DNA from: Candidatus Puniceispirillum sp.
GTDB lineage: Bacteria > Pseudomonadota > Alphaproteobacteria > Puniceispirillales > Puniceispirillaceae
Length of the DNA stretch: 64,000 nt
Reading direction: 5' to 3'
Assembly: GCA_028382965.1 (NCBI GenBank)
Contig: JAOEUK010000006.1
Location: forward strand, 15,527-79,526
Position 1 is the first letter of the stretch; each line of letters opens with the position of its first letter. Below, in pieces: positions 8,891-18,020 of this stretch. The notes beneath the pieces are model-generated. The model was not told where the DNA came from and did not search any database. It saw only the letters and a program-made list of their open reading frames with translations. Made by a program: the position numbers and the translations under genes.

Positions 8891-10552
8891 ATGAAGACTT
8901 ATGACGTGGTAGCGGCCTCGATCAAGGCTCAGGAATCTGAACATTGTTTTGCCCTTCTTGGTGATGGTAATATGCATTTTGCCGGTGCACTTGCTCATCT
9001 AGGGATGCCGTTCACGTATGCACGACACGAACATTGTGCTGTGTCGATGGCAATGGCCTATATGCGGGTGACAGGTAGAACTGGTCTTGCCACAGTTACT
9101 TGTGGACCCGGTCTAACACAAGTTATGACCAGTCTTACTGCAGCAGTGAGAGCTCGCATTCCACTAATTATTTTTGTTGGTGAATCCCCAATTAGCGCGC
9201 ATTGGTATAATCAGGATTTAGATCAGGCACCATTCGTGACGGCATGTGGTGCTGAATATGTACAAATTATGCACAAGCCACGTGTGGCACGGCAAATTCA
9301 AGATGCTTTCGCCCGCACTCGTTTGACGGGCATCCCTATTGTTGTTGGCATGCCATTTGATATTCAGGAAAGCGAATGGGGTGACATACCGGCAAGCGTG
9401 GCGTCGGCTGAGGCTTTTCTACCAGAGACAGGACAGATTTATCCTGACCCAGCCGCGGTTGTTAAAATGGCTAAATTAATCTCTGCGGCTGAACGTCCAA
9501 TTTTGATTGGTGGCCGTGGCGCAGTTGCTGCTGGTGCAGGTCCTATTTGTGCAGCCCTTGCCGATCGTATTGGTGCGCCGCTCCTTACTACCTTGCCGGC
9601 GCGCGGACTGTTTCATAACTCGGCTCATTCGCTCAATGTAACTGGCGGATTTGCGTCTGACATAGCGCGTGAAGCTTGCCTAAAAACTGATCTAGTGATT
9701 GCTGTTGGTACTAGCCTTGCGTCGCATGCTGCCGACTCAGGAAGGCTTTATCGCGATGCTAAAATCCTTCATATTGATATTGCGCCAAAGGTTTATAGTC
9801 AGGGGCGTGTTGCGGCACACGTGCATCTTTGTGCTGATGCGCGCATTGGTGTGGAAGCGCTTGATGCTGCTCTTATTGAAATTTATGAGGGCGTGGCGCC
9901 GGTATTTGGCTGGCGTGATGATTTAGTCACCAGAAACTCTGCGGCGGAATATCCCGACAGTATGCCGTTTCAGGTGGCCCGGGATGTGATTGATCCACGT
10001 CCATTGGTTAAGGCGCTTGACACATTGCTGCCAAAGAACTGGTTTATGGTTAATTCATCTGGCCATTGCTCATATTTTGCAGCTCACATGCTTGGTCGTG
10101 CGGTTGATGATTTTCTTACCATTCGCGAATTTGGTGCGATTGGCAATGGCCTGGCGTATGCGCTTGGTGCTGCGGCGGCTAGACCGAATCAACAGGTAGT
10201 GCTTATTGATGGTGATGGTGGTTTCCTGATGCATGCGCAAGAACTTGAAACTGCTCGTCGGCATGGGTTAAAACTACTTATTATTGTAATGAATGATCAT
10301 GCTTATGGGTCGGAGATTCATAAATTACGGGTTGACGGACACGATGAGAGTGGAGCTGCCTTTGGAACCACCGACATTGCTTCAATTGCCAATGGTTTTG
10401 GACTTGATGGACGAAGCTTTAACAGCCTAGACGGGCTGGATGAAGCCTTTGCAGATTTTGTTCGGTCTGACCAAGGGGCATTGTGGGATTTTCAGATCTC
10501 GGACCAGGTCATCTCCCCAGTTATGCGTCGCCTTACCGCATCAAAAAAATAG
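8891..10552 (+). CDS. thiamine diphosphate-dependent enzyme (acetolactate synthase / oxalyl-CoA decarboxylase-like superfamily)
   Basis: Has the catalytic-Glu block ARHEHCAVSMAMAY and the ThDP motif GDGGF-x22-NDHAYG. Alternative upstream starts are at 8864 (TTG) and 8876 (ATG). Confidence 0.8.
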   Translation: MKTYDVVAASIKAQESEHCFALLGDGNMHFAGALAHLGMPFTYARHEHCAVSMAMAYMRVTGRTGLATVTCGPGLTQVMTSLTAAVRARIPLIIFVGESPISAHWYNQDLDQAPFVTACGAEYVQIMHKPRVARQIQDAFARTRLTGIPIVVGMPFDIQESEWGDIPASVASAEAFLPETGQIYPDPAAVVKMAKLISAAERPILIGGRGAVAAGAGPICAALADRIGAPLLTTLPARGLFHNSAHSLNVTGGFASDIAREACLKTDLVIAVGTSLASHAADSGRLYRDAKILHIDIAPKVYSQGRVAAHVHLCADARIGVEALDAALIEIYEGVAPVFGWRDDLVTRNSAAEYPDSMPFQVARDVIDPRPLVKALDTLLPKNWFMVNSSGHCSYFAAHMLGRAVDDFLTIREFGAIGNGLAYALGAAAARPNQQVVLIDGDGGFLMHAQELETARRHGLKLLIIVMNDHAYGSEIHKLRVDGHDESGAAFGTTDIASIANGFGLDGRSFNSLDGLDEAFADFVRSDQGALWDFQISDQVISPVMRRLTASKK

Positions 10553-10583
10553 ATTGGCGAGTATTTGCATGCTTCTAAGCTAA

Positions 10584-11837
10584 CTAGTCAGGAGATGTAT
10601 CACAAAATGTTGTATCAGTGTTGATGACACCATCTCTATAAAGAGAGGCGATCTCACTTTTGTTTAGTCCACAGATGGTTGTGAGTATCTCCTCATTGTG
10701 TTCGCCCAAAAGCGGTGCTTTGAGATTGTTGCTATAAGACCATTTTGAGAACAATGGTGGCTGACCGGGTATTGGAAAATTGCCAATAAACGGATCGTTT
10801 AATTGTCGTATCGCACCACGCTCGATGGCGTGTGGATGTTGAATAGCCTCATGCAAGGTTAACACTGGGGCAACAGGTACGCGTTTGTCTTTCAATATAG
10901 CAATGATGTCCTGCCGCCTACCTATTGTCGCCATCCATTTTTCAATAATGCCCTGCAGCTCAAACTTGTTTTTGCGTCGATTTTGCGGCGAATTGAACCT
11001 CAGGTCCTTCTCCAACTCGGGCATGCCTATGGCTTGCAAAAGCCTTGGCCATTGGTAGGGCATAACCATCATTTGTAAGAATGAACCGTCACCACAATCG
11101 AAAATGCCAGTTGGCCCTCCGTTTGGGTGTTGAGAACCTGACCGTTCTGGTAAAGCGGCTTTACCACGTAATCCAACCCGTGGAATGTAGTCCTCGTGCA
11201 TCTGAAGATAGGTATCTAATAACGAGCAGTCGATAAATTGCCCTTCTCCTGTTCTTTCTCGATGTAACAGCGCAACTGCAACGGCCATAGCCGCCGAAAT
11301 TCCAGTGGCACTATCACCAACTGCCATGCTTACTTGGCTTGGTGCACGGTCGTTTTCACCAATCATCCCTGTAATGCCAGCATATGCTGCGGCCATGTAG
11401 TCAAAGCCGGGCTCATTTGCCAAAGGGCCGTTCTGACCGGCAAACGATATTGAACACATAACTATTTCAGGATTAATCTTTTTGACCGCGTCATACGCCA
11501 GCCCCATGCGGTCTATGACGCCTGGAGCAAAATTTTCAATAAGTACATCAGATTTGCTAATGAGTTTTTTGATTAGTGACTGGCCTTCTTGAGATTTAAG
11601 GTTTATCGCTAAACTCCGCTTGGAATGGTTGTGCTGGGCAAAGTAGGTGCTTTGTGTGCAGTGCTCAAATTCCTTTTTGCGTGATCTGAGGCCTGATCGT
11701 CTTGCATGATCACCAGTTGGAGTCAGTTCTATTTTTATAACATCTGCCCCAAGTTCAGCCATAAGGCGTGAGCACGTTGGGCCAGCAACAAATTGGGTGA
11801 TATCGAGAACCCGATATCCACAAAGCATTTTAGTCAT
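10584..11837 (-). CDS. family III (CaiB/BaiF) CoA-transferase
   Basis: 417 aa. N-terminal YRVLDITQFVAGP...LGADVIKIE and the catalytic-Asp block VGDSATG. The start overlaps the upstream GST stop (ATGA). Confidence 0.85.
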   Translation of the reverse strand: MTKMLCGYRVLDITQFVAGPTCSRLMAELGADVIKIELTPTGDHARRSGLRSRKKEFEHCTQSTYFAQHNHSKRSLAINLKSQEGQSLIKKLISKSDVLIENFAPGVIDRMGLAYDAVKKINPEIVMCSISFAGQNGPLANEPGFDYMAAAYAGITGMIGENDRAPSQVSMAVGDSATGISAAMAVAVALLHRERTGEGQFIDCSLLDTYLQMHEDYIPRVGLRGKAALPERSGSQHPNGGPTGIFDCGDGSFLQMMVMPYQWPRLLQAIGMPELEKDLRFNSPQNRRKNKFELQGIIEKWMATIGRRQDIIAILKDKRVPVAPVLTLHEAIQHPHAIERGAIRQLNDPFIGNFPIPGQPPLFSKWSYSNNLKAPLLGEHNEEILTTICGLNKSEIASLYRDGVINTDTTFCDTSPD

Positions 11838-12571
11838 GGTTTACCTTTCTTGTGGTTCTTTGGAATATCTATCGTTTTAGGACGTTCAAATAGTGTTTGC
11901 CATGCTTCTCCCTTTGGTCTTTGACCGCTCTTACTAATTTTTTCGTTCATCACTGAAAGGCCGCGTTGCACTGCTGGCCTCCCTCTCACTGCATTATACC
12001 ATCGCTGAATATTTGCATGTTCTGAAATATCTTGCCCTTGCATTTTTTGAGGCCTAAGCCAGGGATAGACGGCTATATCCGCGATGCTGTAGTCGTCTCC
12101 GGCCAAATATTGCGACTTGCCAAGCTGATTATCGAGAACAGCATAAAGTTTCCCCGCTTCATTGGTGTACCTATTAATTGCATATTGAATTGGTTCTTTG
12201 GCGTAGTGCCTGAAATGATGTGCTTGTCCAAGTAGAGGGCCTAAATTTCCCATTTGAAACATCAGCCATTGAATCACAGCTAGTTTTTTTGTGTTTTCAG
12301 TCTCAAGGAATTGATTATATTTTTCTGCTAGATAGAACAAAATGGCACCGGATTCGAACACGGATTGTGGTTCTTTGGTATTCAAAGAATCGTTGATTGC
12401 AGGCACTTTCCCATGTGGACTAATTTTCAAAAAATTCGCTGCAAACTGTTCACCCCTGCCGATATGAACTGGGTGAATATCATATGGAACGTTTAACTCT
12501 TCCAGTAAAATACTGACCTTGTAGCAGTTCGGTGTCGGCCAGAAAAATAAAGTTATTTTTCCTTCTGTCAT
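11834..12571 (-). CDS. Nu-class glutathione S-transferase, YfcG-like
   Basis: 245 aa. It aligns closely by eye with E. coli YfcG (FFWPTPNCYKVSILLEE..., FESGAILFYLAEK, MGNLGPLLGQAHHF, YSIADIAVYPW). Confidence 0.8.
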   Translation of the reverse strand: MTEGKITLFFWPTPNCYKVSILLEELNVPYDIHPVHIGRGEQFAANFLKISPHGKVPAINDSLNTKEPQSVFESGAILFYLAEKYNQFLETENTKKLAVIQWLMFQMGNLGPLLGQAHHFRHYAKEPIQYAINRYTNEAGKLYAVLDNQLGKSQYLAGDDYSIADIAVYPWLRPQKMQGQDISEHANIQRWYNAVRGRPAVQRGLSVMNEKISKSGQRPKGEAWQTLFERPKTIDIPKNHKKGKP

Positions 12572-13179
12572 GATCTTTTGCTTTTAGCTAATCCTGCTTC
12601 TGCCAGGGTTTCTTCAAGTAACCAAAGCCTGTCCGCGCCCCAGAATTGCTCGCCATTGAATACAAAAATCGGCACGCCAAAAATATGATCCTCTGCCGCT
12701 TCGTCCAAGCAGGATTCAAATTCGATCAGGCCGTCGTCAACAAGAAACTCAAGGTACGCTTGTTTTGATAAACCAATATTCTCTATGAGTTTTGAAACTT
12801 CTTCAGTTTCATCAGCGGCAAATTCTCGTTTAAAAAATGACTCAAACAACGTTGTACAGTACTCCTCGAGCTTATTGTGCTTTTCGGCAAAAAGGCTGCC
12901 AATTAGTGAGGGTGTTGTATCAAAAATTTTTAGAGGCCCGCGTAACATTTGTCCGTCATAAAGTCGGTTTGCATGACGCCGCGCATCCATATAGGAATAC
13001 TTTATCTTCCATTCTGAATAGATGCTACGTTGGCCCTTGCCTTTCAGGCGCAATTGAAAAGGCCGCCATTTAATATCAACGTTATATTTCTGCGTTAGTT
13101 CAATTCCAGGTTTAAAAGCTAAGAATGCATATGGACTTTTAAAATCAGAATACATTTTGACTATGGGTTTTTTTGTCAT
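12568..13179 (-). CDS. DsbA-like 2-hydroxychromene-2-carboxylate isomerase family protein (kappa-GST-like)
   Basis: 203 aa. N-terminal DFKSPYAF (Ser-Pro motif of the HCCA isomerase/kappa-GST family) and C-terminal GVPIFVFNGEQFWGADRL. Confidence 0.7.
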   Translation of the reverse strand: MTKKPIVKMYSDFKSPYAFLAFKPGIELTQKYNVDIKWRPFQLRLKGKGQRSIYSEWKIKYSYMDARRHANRLYDGQMLRGPLKIFDTTPSLIGSLFAEKHNKLEEYCTTLFESFFKREFAADETEEVSKLIENIGLSKQAYLEFLVDDGLIEFESCLDEAAEDHIFGVPIFVFNGEQFWGADRLWLLEETLAEAGLAKSKRS

Positions 13180-13217
13180 GAACTATCCTCGCCTAAAGTA
13201 TGAATGTTATAATTCTT

Positions 13218-14462
13218 TTAATTACTGACTCCATCGTTCAGCCATCTTTCCATAATTTCTGTAAAATGTTCATTCGGCTTAGGTGCAGGGTTCTCAAGGG
13301 TTGTTTTAGAGTCTGAAAATTTGACTGGAAAGTTTGGCGCCAATGGTCCTTTTACATTAGAAAAATGGGGATGAGGTAGCGGCGCGAGGATCTTGCGATC
13401 TGCAATTTGAATCCAATCAGCAATATGTGCGGCATCATTGACGGGATGGCAGGAAACTTCATGCTTATCGCACAACCTTACAATGTCTTCGACATGACGT
13501 GTGTTTGCCCAGCCACTAATTATCGCATCAACCTCCAAATTGTTTTCAATACGATTACTGATGTTTGAAAATTTCTTGTCTTGTTGTAAATTTGGTTGAT
13601 CAATCATTTTGAGAATCGCTAACCAATCTTTTTGCGATGCAGCACCCATTACAACTGCCCCATCCTTTGCGGCATAGCAATTAAATGGGGAAAATCGCAT
13701 TATCCGATTGCCCTGTCGTTGATTCAGCTCCAATGCTTCAAAGCAGTCCCAGGGCTCATCATATAATAAAGAGACAAGACAATCAGTCATTGATACGTCA
13801 ATAAATTCTCCGCGTCCTGTTTTTTCACGCCGGAAAAGGCTAGCAAGAACACCAGAGAAAGCAAATGTACCGGCTATGCTATCTGCCATTGATGATCCAA
13901 TTTTCATTGGCAAGCCATCAGGTTCACCGGTCACGCTCATTAGGCCAGAGGCTGCCTGCACAGTTGCATCAAAGGCTTTCTTAGTTGCATCTGGTCCAGT
14001 TGCGCCAAACCCTGTGATTGAGCAGTAGATGATTTTTGGATTTTTTGATTTCAACTTTTCGTAATCAATGCCTAACCGCTTTGTAACGCCAACCCTAAAA
14101 TTCTCAACTATTACGTCAGCTTTTTCTACCAACTTCATAAAGGTGTTGATGCCTTCCTCACTCTTTAAATCTAACTCAATAGACTTCTTTGAGCGTGCCC
14201 GTTTGAGGTAGGCTATCCCAATGTCTAATGGTGAAGACTTTGTCATCGAAACACCATTCTCGCCAAAAAATGGTGGCGAGTTTCTTACAGGGTCCCCTTG
14301 ACCTGGATCGTCGATTTTCACAACTTCCGCCCCAAGGGCAGCAAGAAAAAGGGTTGTCTGTGGACCAGATAAGTACCTGGTAAGGTCCAAGACTTTAATT
14401 CCACTCAGAGCTCTTTCATTGGTACTGTGGTTATTGTTAATTGAGTCTTTTTCTTTGCACAT
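13218..14462 (-). CDS. family III (CaiB/BaiF) CoA-transferase
   Basis: 414 aa with IKVLDLTRYLSGP...LGAEVVKIDDP and the MADSIAG Asp block. It is the first gene of the four-gene minus-strand operon. Confidence 0.85.
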   Translation of the reverse strand: MCKEKDSINNNHSTNERALSGIKVLDLTRYLSGPQTTLFLAALGAEVVKIDDPGQGDPVRNSPPFFGENGVSMTKSSPLDIGIAYLKRARSKKSIELDLKSEEGINTFMKLVEKADVIVENFRVGVTKRLGIDYEKLKSKNPKIIYCSITGFGATGPDATKKAFDATVQAASGLMSVTGEPDGLPMKIGSSMADSIAGTFAFSGVLASLFRREKTGRGEFIDVSMTDCLVSLLYDEPWDCFEALELNQRQGNRIMRFSPFNCYAAKDGAVVMGAASQKDWLAILKMIDQPNLQQDKKFSNISNRIENNLEVDAIISGWANTRHVEDIVRLCDKHEVSCHPVNDAAHIADWIQIADRKILAPLPHPHFSNVKGPLAPNFPVKFSDSKTTLENPAPKPNEHFTEIMERWLNDGVSN

Positions 14463-14520
14463 GCTAAAAGCAAATCAGATATTAATGGAAATTACAAAAT
14501 ATTATTGATAACTTTTTTGT
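14463..14520. promoter_or_regulatory. 58-bp divergent promoter/operator region (LysR regulator vs CoA-transferase operon)
   Basis: This is the classic LTTR divergent layout. The region is AT-rich with a weak ATATT-N14-AATAT dyad. No site is proven. Confidence 0.35.
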
Positions 14521-15456
14521 ATGCAAAAATTGAATAACAAAGAATTTAGCTCTGACGCCGTCCCTAATCTGAGCATGAAGCATTTCAAGGCTATAATAAG
14601 TCTTGCCACCTTCAAAAGCTTTTTGGCTGCTTCAGCCTATCTTAAAATTTCACAACCAGGCTTAACAAGAATAATACAGCAAGCTGAAAAAAGACTTGGT
14701 TTCACTCTTTTTGAACGTGGCGCCAAGACTGTTACGCTTAGTGCTGTTGGTGCTGAGTTTTTGCCATTTGCAGAAAAGGTTTTACGTGATTTTGCGCAAC
14801 AAGCTAACAAGTTAAGGCTTAACCACTATGAAGAACGCCCAAAGATAAACATCTCCTGTCTGATGTCTGTATCCCATGTTATATTACCCAAGGTTATAAA
14901 AGAATTTAAAGCCTATCATCCAAACATCTCGATTGAAATTCATGAGGGCGTAGGTGGATTTATATCCGATGCTATCATCGATTGCCAAGTTGATTTTGGG
15001 ATTGGCAGTTCAGAGTTTTATCCAAAGGGTGTTTCAGTTATTGATGAAGTGGAAGAGAGGTTTGTGGTTGTACTGTCAAAACGCCACAATCTTGCTAAGA
15101 TAAATAAACTCTCCTTACAGAATATTGGACACTCACCTTTGGTTTCTATGCCGTCAAGTTCTGGTATCAGGCAACTTCTTGATACTGAAGCTCTCAAAAT
15201 TGGTTTAATACTAAACCATGAAATTACAACAAATCAGTATAACACGATGTTTAATTTTGTTTTGGCTGACCTTGGCCTGTCTATTGTGCCGGTGTCCGTA
15301 GTTAGGGATCTGGATAAATCTCAATTCTGTGTGAAGCGGTTGGAGCCACCGATAAACAGAAAATTAGCCGTATTAGTTCAATCGGGCCAAATTTTGGGTG
15401 ATGTGCCAAAACAATTCTTGAATTTGCTTCTTCCGCATCTCAAAAAAATATCCTAG
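14521..15456 (+). CDS. LysR-family transcriptional regulator
   Basis: 311 aa with an N-terminal wHTH (FKSFLAASAYLKISQPGLTRIIQQAEKRLG) and a C-terminal LysR substrate-binding domain. It is divergent from the catabolic operon. Confidence 0.85.
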   Translation: MQKLNNKEFSSDAVPNLSMKHFKAIISLATFKSFLAASAYLKISQPGLTRIIQQAEKRLGFTLFERGAKTVTLSAVGAEFLPFAEKVLRDFAQQANKLRLNHYEERPKINISCLMSVSHVILPKVIKEFKAYHPNISIEIHEGVGGFISDAIIDCQVDFGIGSSEFYPKGVSVIDEVEERFVVVLSKRHNLAKINKLSLQNIGHSPLVSMPSSSGIRQLLDTEALKIGLILNHEITTNQYNTMFNFVLADLGLSIVPVSVVRDLDKSQFCVKRLEPPINRKLAVLVQSGQILGDVPKQFLNLLLPHLKKIS

Positions 15457-15480
15457 CTAAAAACCACTTATGACTGTCAT

Positions 15481-16758
15481 CTAACTGATTCTATTATGTC
15501 TGATGCCAGGTATGGCCCAAAACATTGAAAGTCCAATGCATACAAATAACAGGCTGATGCCAAATCCAGCTGAGTAGCTTCCTGTTAAATCATAGCTATA
15601 GCCGGCCAAAAAGGCACCAGTCGCTGCGCCACAGCCATTTCCAATGCTCGTAGCCCCAAAGATTGAGGCAAGGCCACGCCCAGCAAATAGCTCGGCCATT
15701 TGTGCGGTGATGATGGGGCCACGGGCGCCAGCCGATAAACCAAAACATATGATAAAAACAATTAATAATATCCAGTTTTGATAGAATTGCAAACATGCTA
15801 GTGCGACAATGCCAACAGCCGTAAGCGTGTAACTAGCGGTGGCTATAATGTGGCGTGGAAATCGTTCAGCAAGAATACCAGTGATGGCGATGCCTAAAAT
15901 TGTCAACATACCGATAAGGCCAAATACAAAGGCTGCTGAAACGGGGTCAAAACCCTGATCGATAAGGTATGCAACCGTTTGCAGTGAAACTCCAAAAACT
16001 GCAACTGCTGAAGCACCAAAGATGGTGAAAAAGCCCCAGAATTCTGGTCGAAAAATTGCTTCTCTGAGTGACAATCCAAGTGTTTTTTGGCTGCCGGCTT
16101 TACCTAATTCTAAACTTTTGATTTTAGGTACTTGGCCATTTTCTTCATGATGAGGAGCTCCAGATGAAATACGCTTCCAGGGCATTATCAAAATCATAAT
16201 AAGGCAGCCAATAAAGCCATAGCTTGCCAATTTGTAGGATGCCTCCCAACCATGGGCATCTATTGCTATCTGTGCCGCTGGGGCTAACAACATTACTCCA
16301 ATGCCTTGCCCTGAATAAGCAATCGAGAGTGCTGTTGCACGGCGTTGCTTAAACCAGCGTGCAATGAGACTTTGTGTTGGAACAATACCAACCATAGCGC
16401 TCCCAATACCGCCACATATGCCAAGCACCAGATAAAAGGAAAACAGTGATTTCAAGTGCCCTGCAAAACCATAACATCCGGCTAAAAGTGACAACCCAAT
16501 TATATAGTTAAAGCGCGGTCCTAGACGGTCAAAAACCAGTCCTGACAGCAAGGATCCAAATCCGAAAGACACCATATAGACTGAAAACACTGATGTCACG
16601 CTGGCCCGGTTCCAGTCATAGCTTTCGGTCAAAGGTAGCAGAAAAACACCGTAGGTTTCACCCATACCACGGCTAGCTGCAATCATCATAAGACAAAAGG
16701 CTAATACTGCTAGTGGGCCAAGAGCCCGTGGTTGTGACCGTGGTGTGTTTGATTTCAT
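15481..16758 (-). CDS. MFS transporter
   Basis: 425 aa with about 12 predicted hydrophobic helices and a central loop. The N-terminal region resembles the oxalate/formate-antiporter/monocarboxylate-type subfamily (from memory). Confidence 0.75.
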   Translation of the reverse strand: MKSNTPRSQPRALGPLAVLAFCLMMIAASRGMGETYGVFLLPLTESYDWNRASVTSVFSVYMVSFGFGSLLSGLVFDRLGPRFNYIIGLSLLAGCYGFAGHLKSLFSFYLVLGICGGIGSAMVGIVPTQSLIARWFKQRRATALSIAYSGQGIGVMLLAPAAQIAIDAHGWEASYKLASYGFIGCLIMILIMPWKRISSGAPHHEENGQVPKIKSLELGKAGSQKTLGLSLREAIFRPEFWGFFTIFGASAVAVFGVSLQTVAYLIDQGFDPVSAAFVFGLIGMLTILGIAITGILAERFPRHIIATASYTLTAVGIVALACLQFYQNWILLIVFIICFGLSAGARGPIITAQMAELFAGRGLASIFGATSIGNGCGAATGAFLAGYSYDLTGSYSAGFGISLLFVCIGLSMFWAIPGIRHNRIS

Positions 16759-17041
16759 GTAAGAAATTGACCCAAGCAGTTTATCTTTGGACCATCAGTC
16801 CAAGAAGACACCAGCATTAATAAAAGTGAATGATATTTAGATGAAGCACCAAAATTCAAATTAAAGTGTTGGCTTTTCTGGGCCAAAATGCAACTGACTT
16901 TTTTATGATAAAGAAAACATTTTTTGCAAAAAATGGCTAGATTTATGTTTCTAAATCACGCTTCATAGAAGATAAAAATGCAAACTGTGTTGTTTACCAG
17001 CTCTTTGTAGCAATGCTCAGATATCGTAGCAGGAATATATC

Positions 17042-17962
17042 ATGACTCATACCCACTCTCACATATTACCACAGCAAAAAACGCAGATTGGCTTTATTGG
17101 GCTGGGAAATATGGGTTCGCCGCTGGCAATGCGCTTACTGAGTCCATCTTTGATGGTTTTTGATTCTAAAAAAAAGCAATTAGCTCCTTTCATTGAGGGA
17201 GGTGCTATTGGTGCAGGAAATGTTTTAGACATTGCCAGGGCTTGCGACATAATTTTTGCTTGCTTACCAACATCTGCGGTGACCGAGGCAGTACTTTTTG
17301 CTACTAATGGCATAGCCGCCGATTTGAAACCTGGACAGGTATTCGTTGACATGACATCTGGTGATCCAGCGATTAGCCGCAGCCAGGCGGCACGCCTTGC
17401 TAAGATTGGAGTTACGTTCATTGATGCGCCAGTTAGTGGCGGCCCACGCGGCGCCAGTGAAGGAAAAATTGCTATCATGGTTGGTGGTGAGGCCCCGCTG
17501 TATGAGCAGCTTTTGCCTATTTTCAAGCGCATCAGCAGCAATGTTTTCCACGCCGGACCAATAGGTGCGGGTCATGCGTTGAAGGCAGGCAATAATCTCT
17601 TGAATCTTATTTGCCGTATGGCCAGTTTTGAGGTGGTGTCGTTGCTTATAAATGCTGGTGTTGATGCTAATAAAGCGGTTGATATTTTGCAAAAAAGTTC
17701 TGGCCGCAATTATACAACAGAGATAACCTTGCCTGATAATATTTTAACGGGGAAAATGAATCAGGGCTTTTCGATGGCGTTAATGGAAAAGGATGCCGGA
17801 TTGGCGCTTAGCATGGCGGCGACACTGGCTCAGTCTCTGCCACTTGGAAAGACAGCATTTGCAGCGCTTCAAGATGCAATAAAAGTACATGGTAATTCTG
17901 CTGATATGAGCCTGGTTGCCATTGAGTATGAAAAAAAAACTGGTGCGCGCATTCGACCATAA
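17042..17962 (+). CDS. NAD(P)-dependent beta-hydroxyacid dehydrogenase (3-hydroxyisobutyrate dehydrogenase family)
   Basis: 306 aa with Rossmann motif IGFIGLGNMG, DAPVSGG, and the family Lys block (GAGHALKAGNN). Confidence 0.8.
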   Translation: MTHTHSHILPQQKTQIGFIGLGNMGSPLAMRLLSPSLMVFDSKKKQLAPFIEGGAIGAGNVLDIARACDIIFACLPTSAVTEAVLFATNGIAADLKPGQVFVDMTSGDPAISRSQAARLAKIGVTFIDAPVSGGPRGASEGKIAIMVGGEAPLYEQLLPIFKRISSNVFHAGPIGAGHALKAGNNLLNLICRMASFEVVSLLINAGVDANKAVDILQKSSGRNYTTEITLPDNILTGKMNQGFSMALMEKDAGLALSMAATLAQSLPLGKTAFAALQDAIKVHGNSADMSLVAIEYEKKTGARIRP

Positions 17963-18020
17963 TAAATTATTGGCATAGCGGCTGCTGGTGTTCAAAAACT
18001 GTAAAAAGGAAAAATGAATA

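Noticed and set aside
17059-17692. Two long antisense ORFs (160 and 142 aa) opposite the beta-hydroxyacid dehydrogenase gene
   Set aside because: The plus-strand product has clear family motifs (GLGNMG, DAPVSGG). The antisense translations are low-complexity and Arg/Ser/Ala/Pro-rich, typical of shadow ORFs.
17931-17939. A9 homopolymer inside a CDS, and a second A9 at 42006-42014 at the fba start, as possible slippage or phase-variation sites
   Set aside because: The first encodes KK near the 3' end of an intact frame. The second lies between two alternative in-frame ATGs. There is no evidence of frameshift, and the tracts are short.
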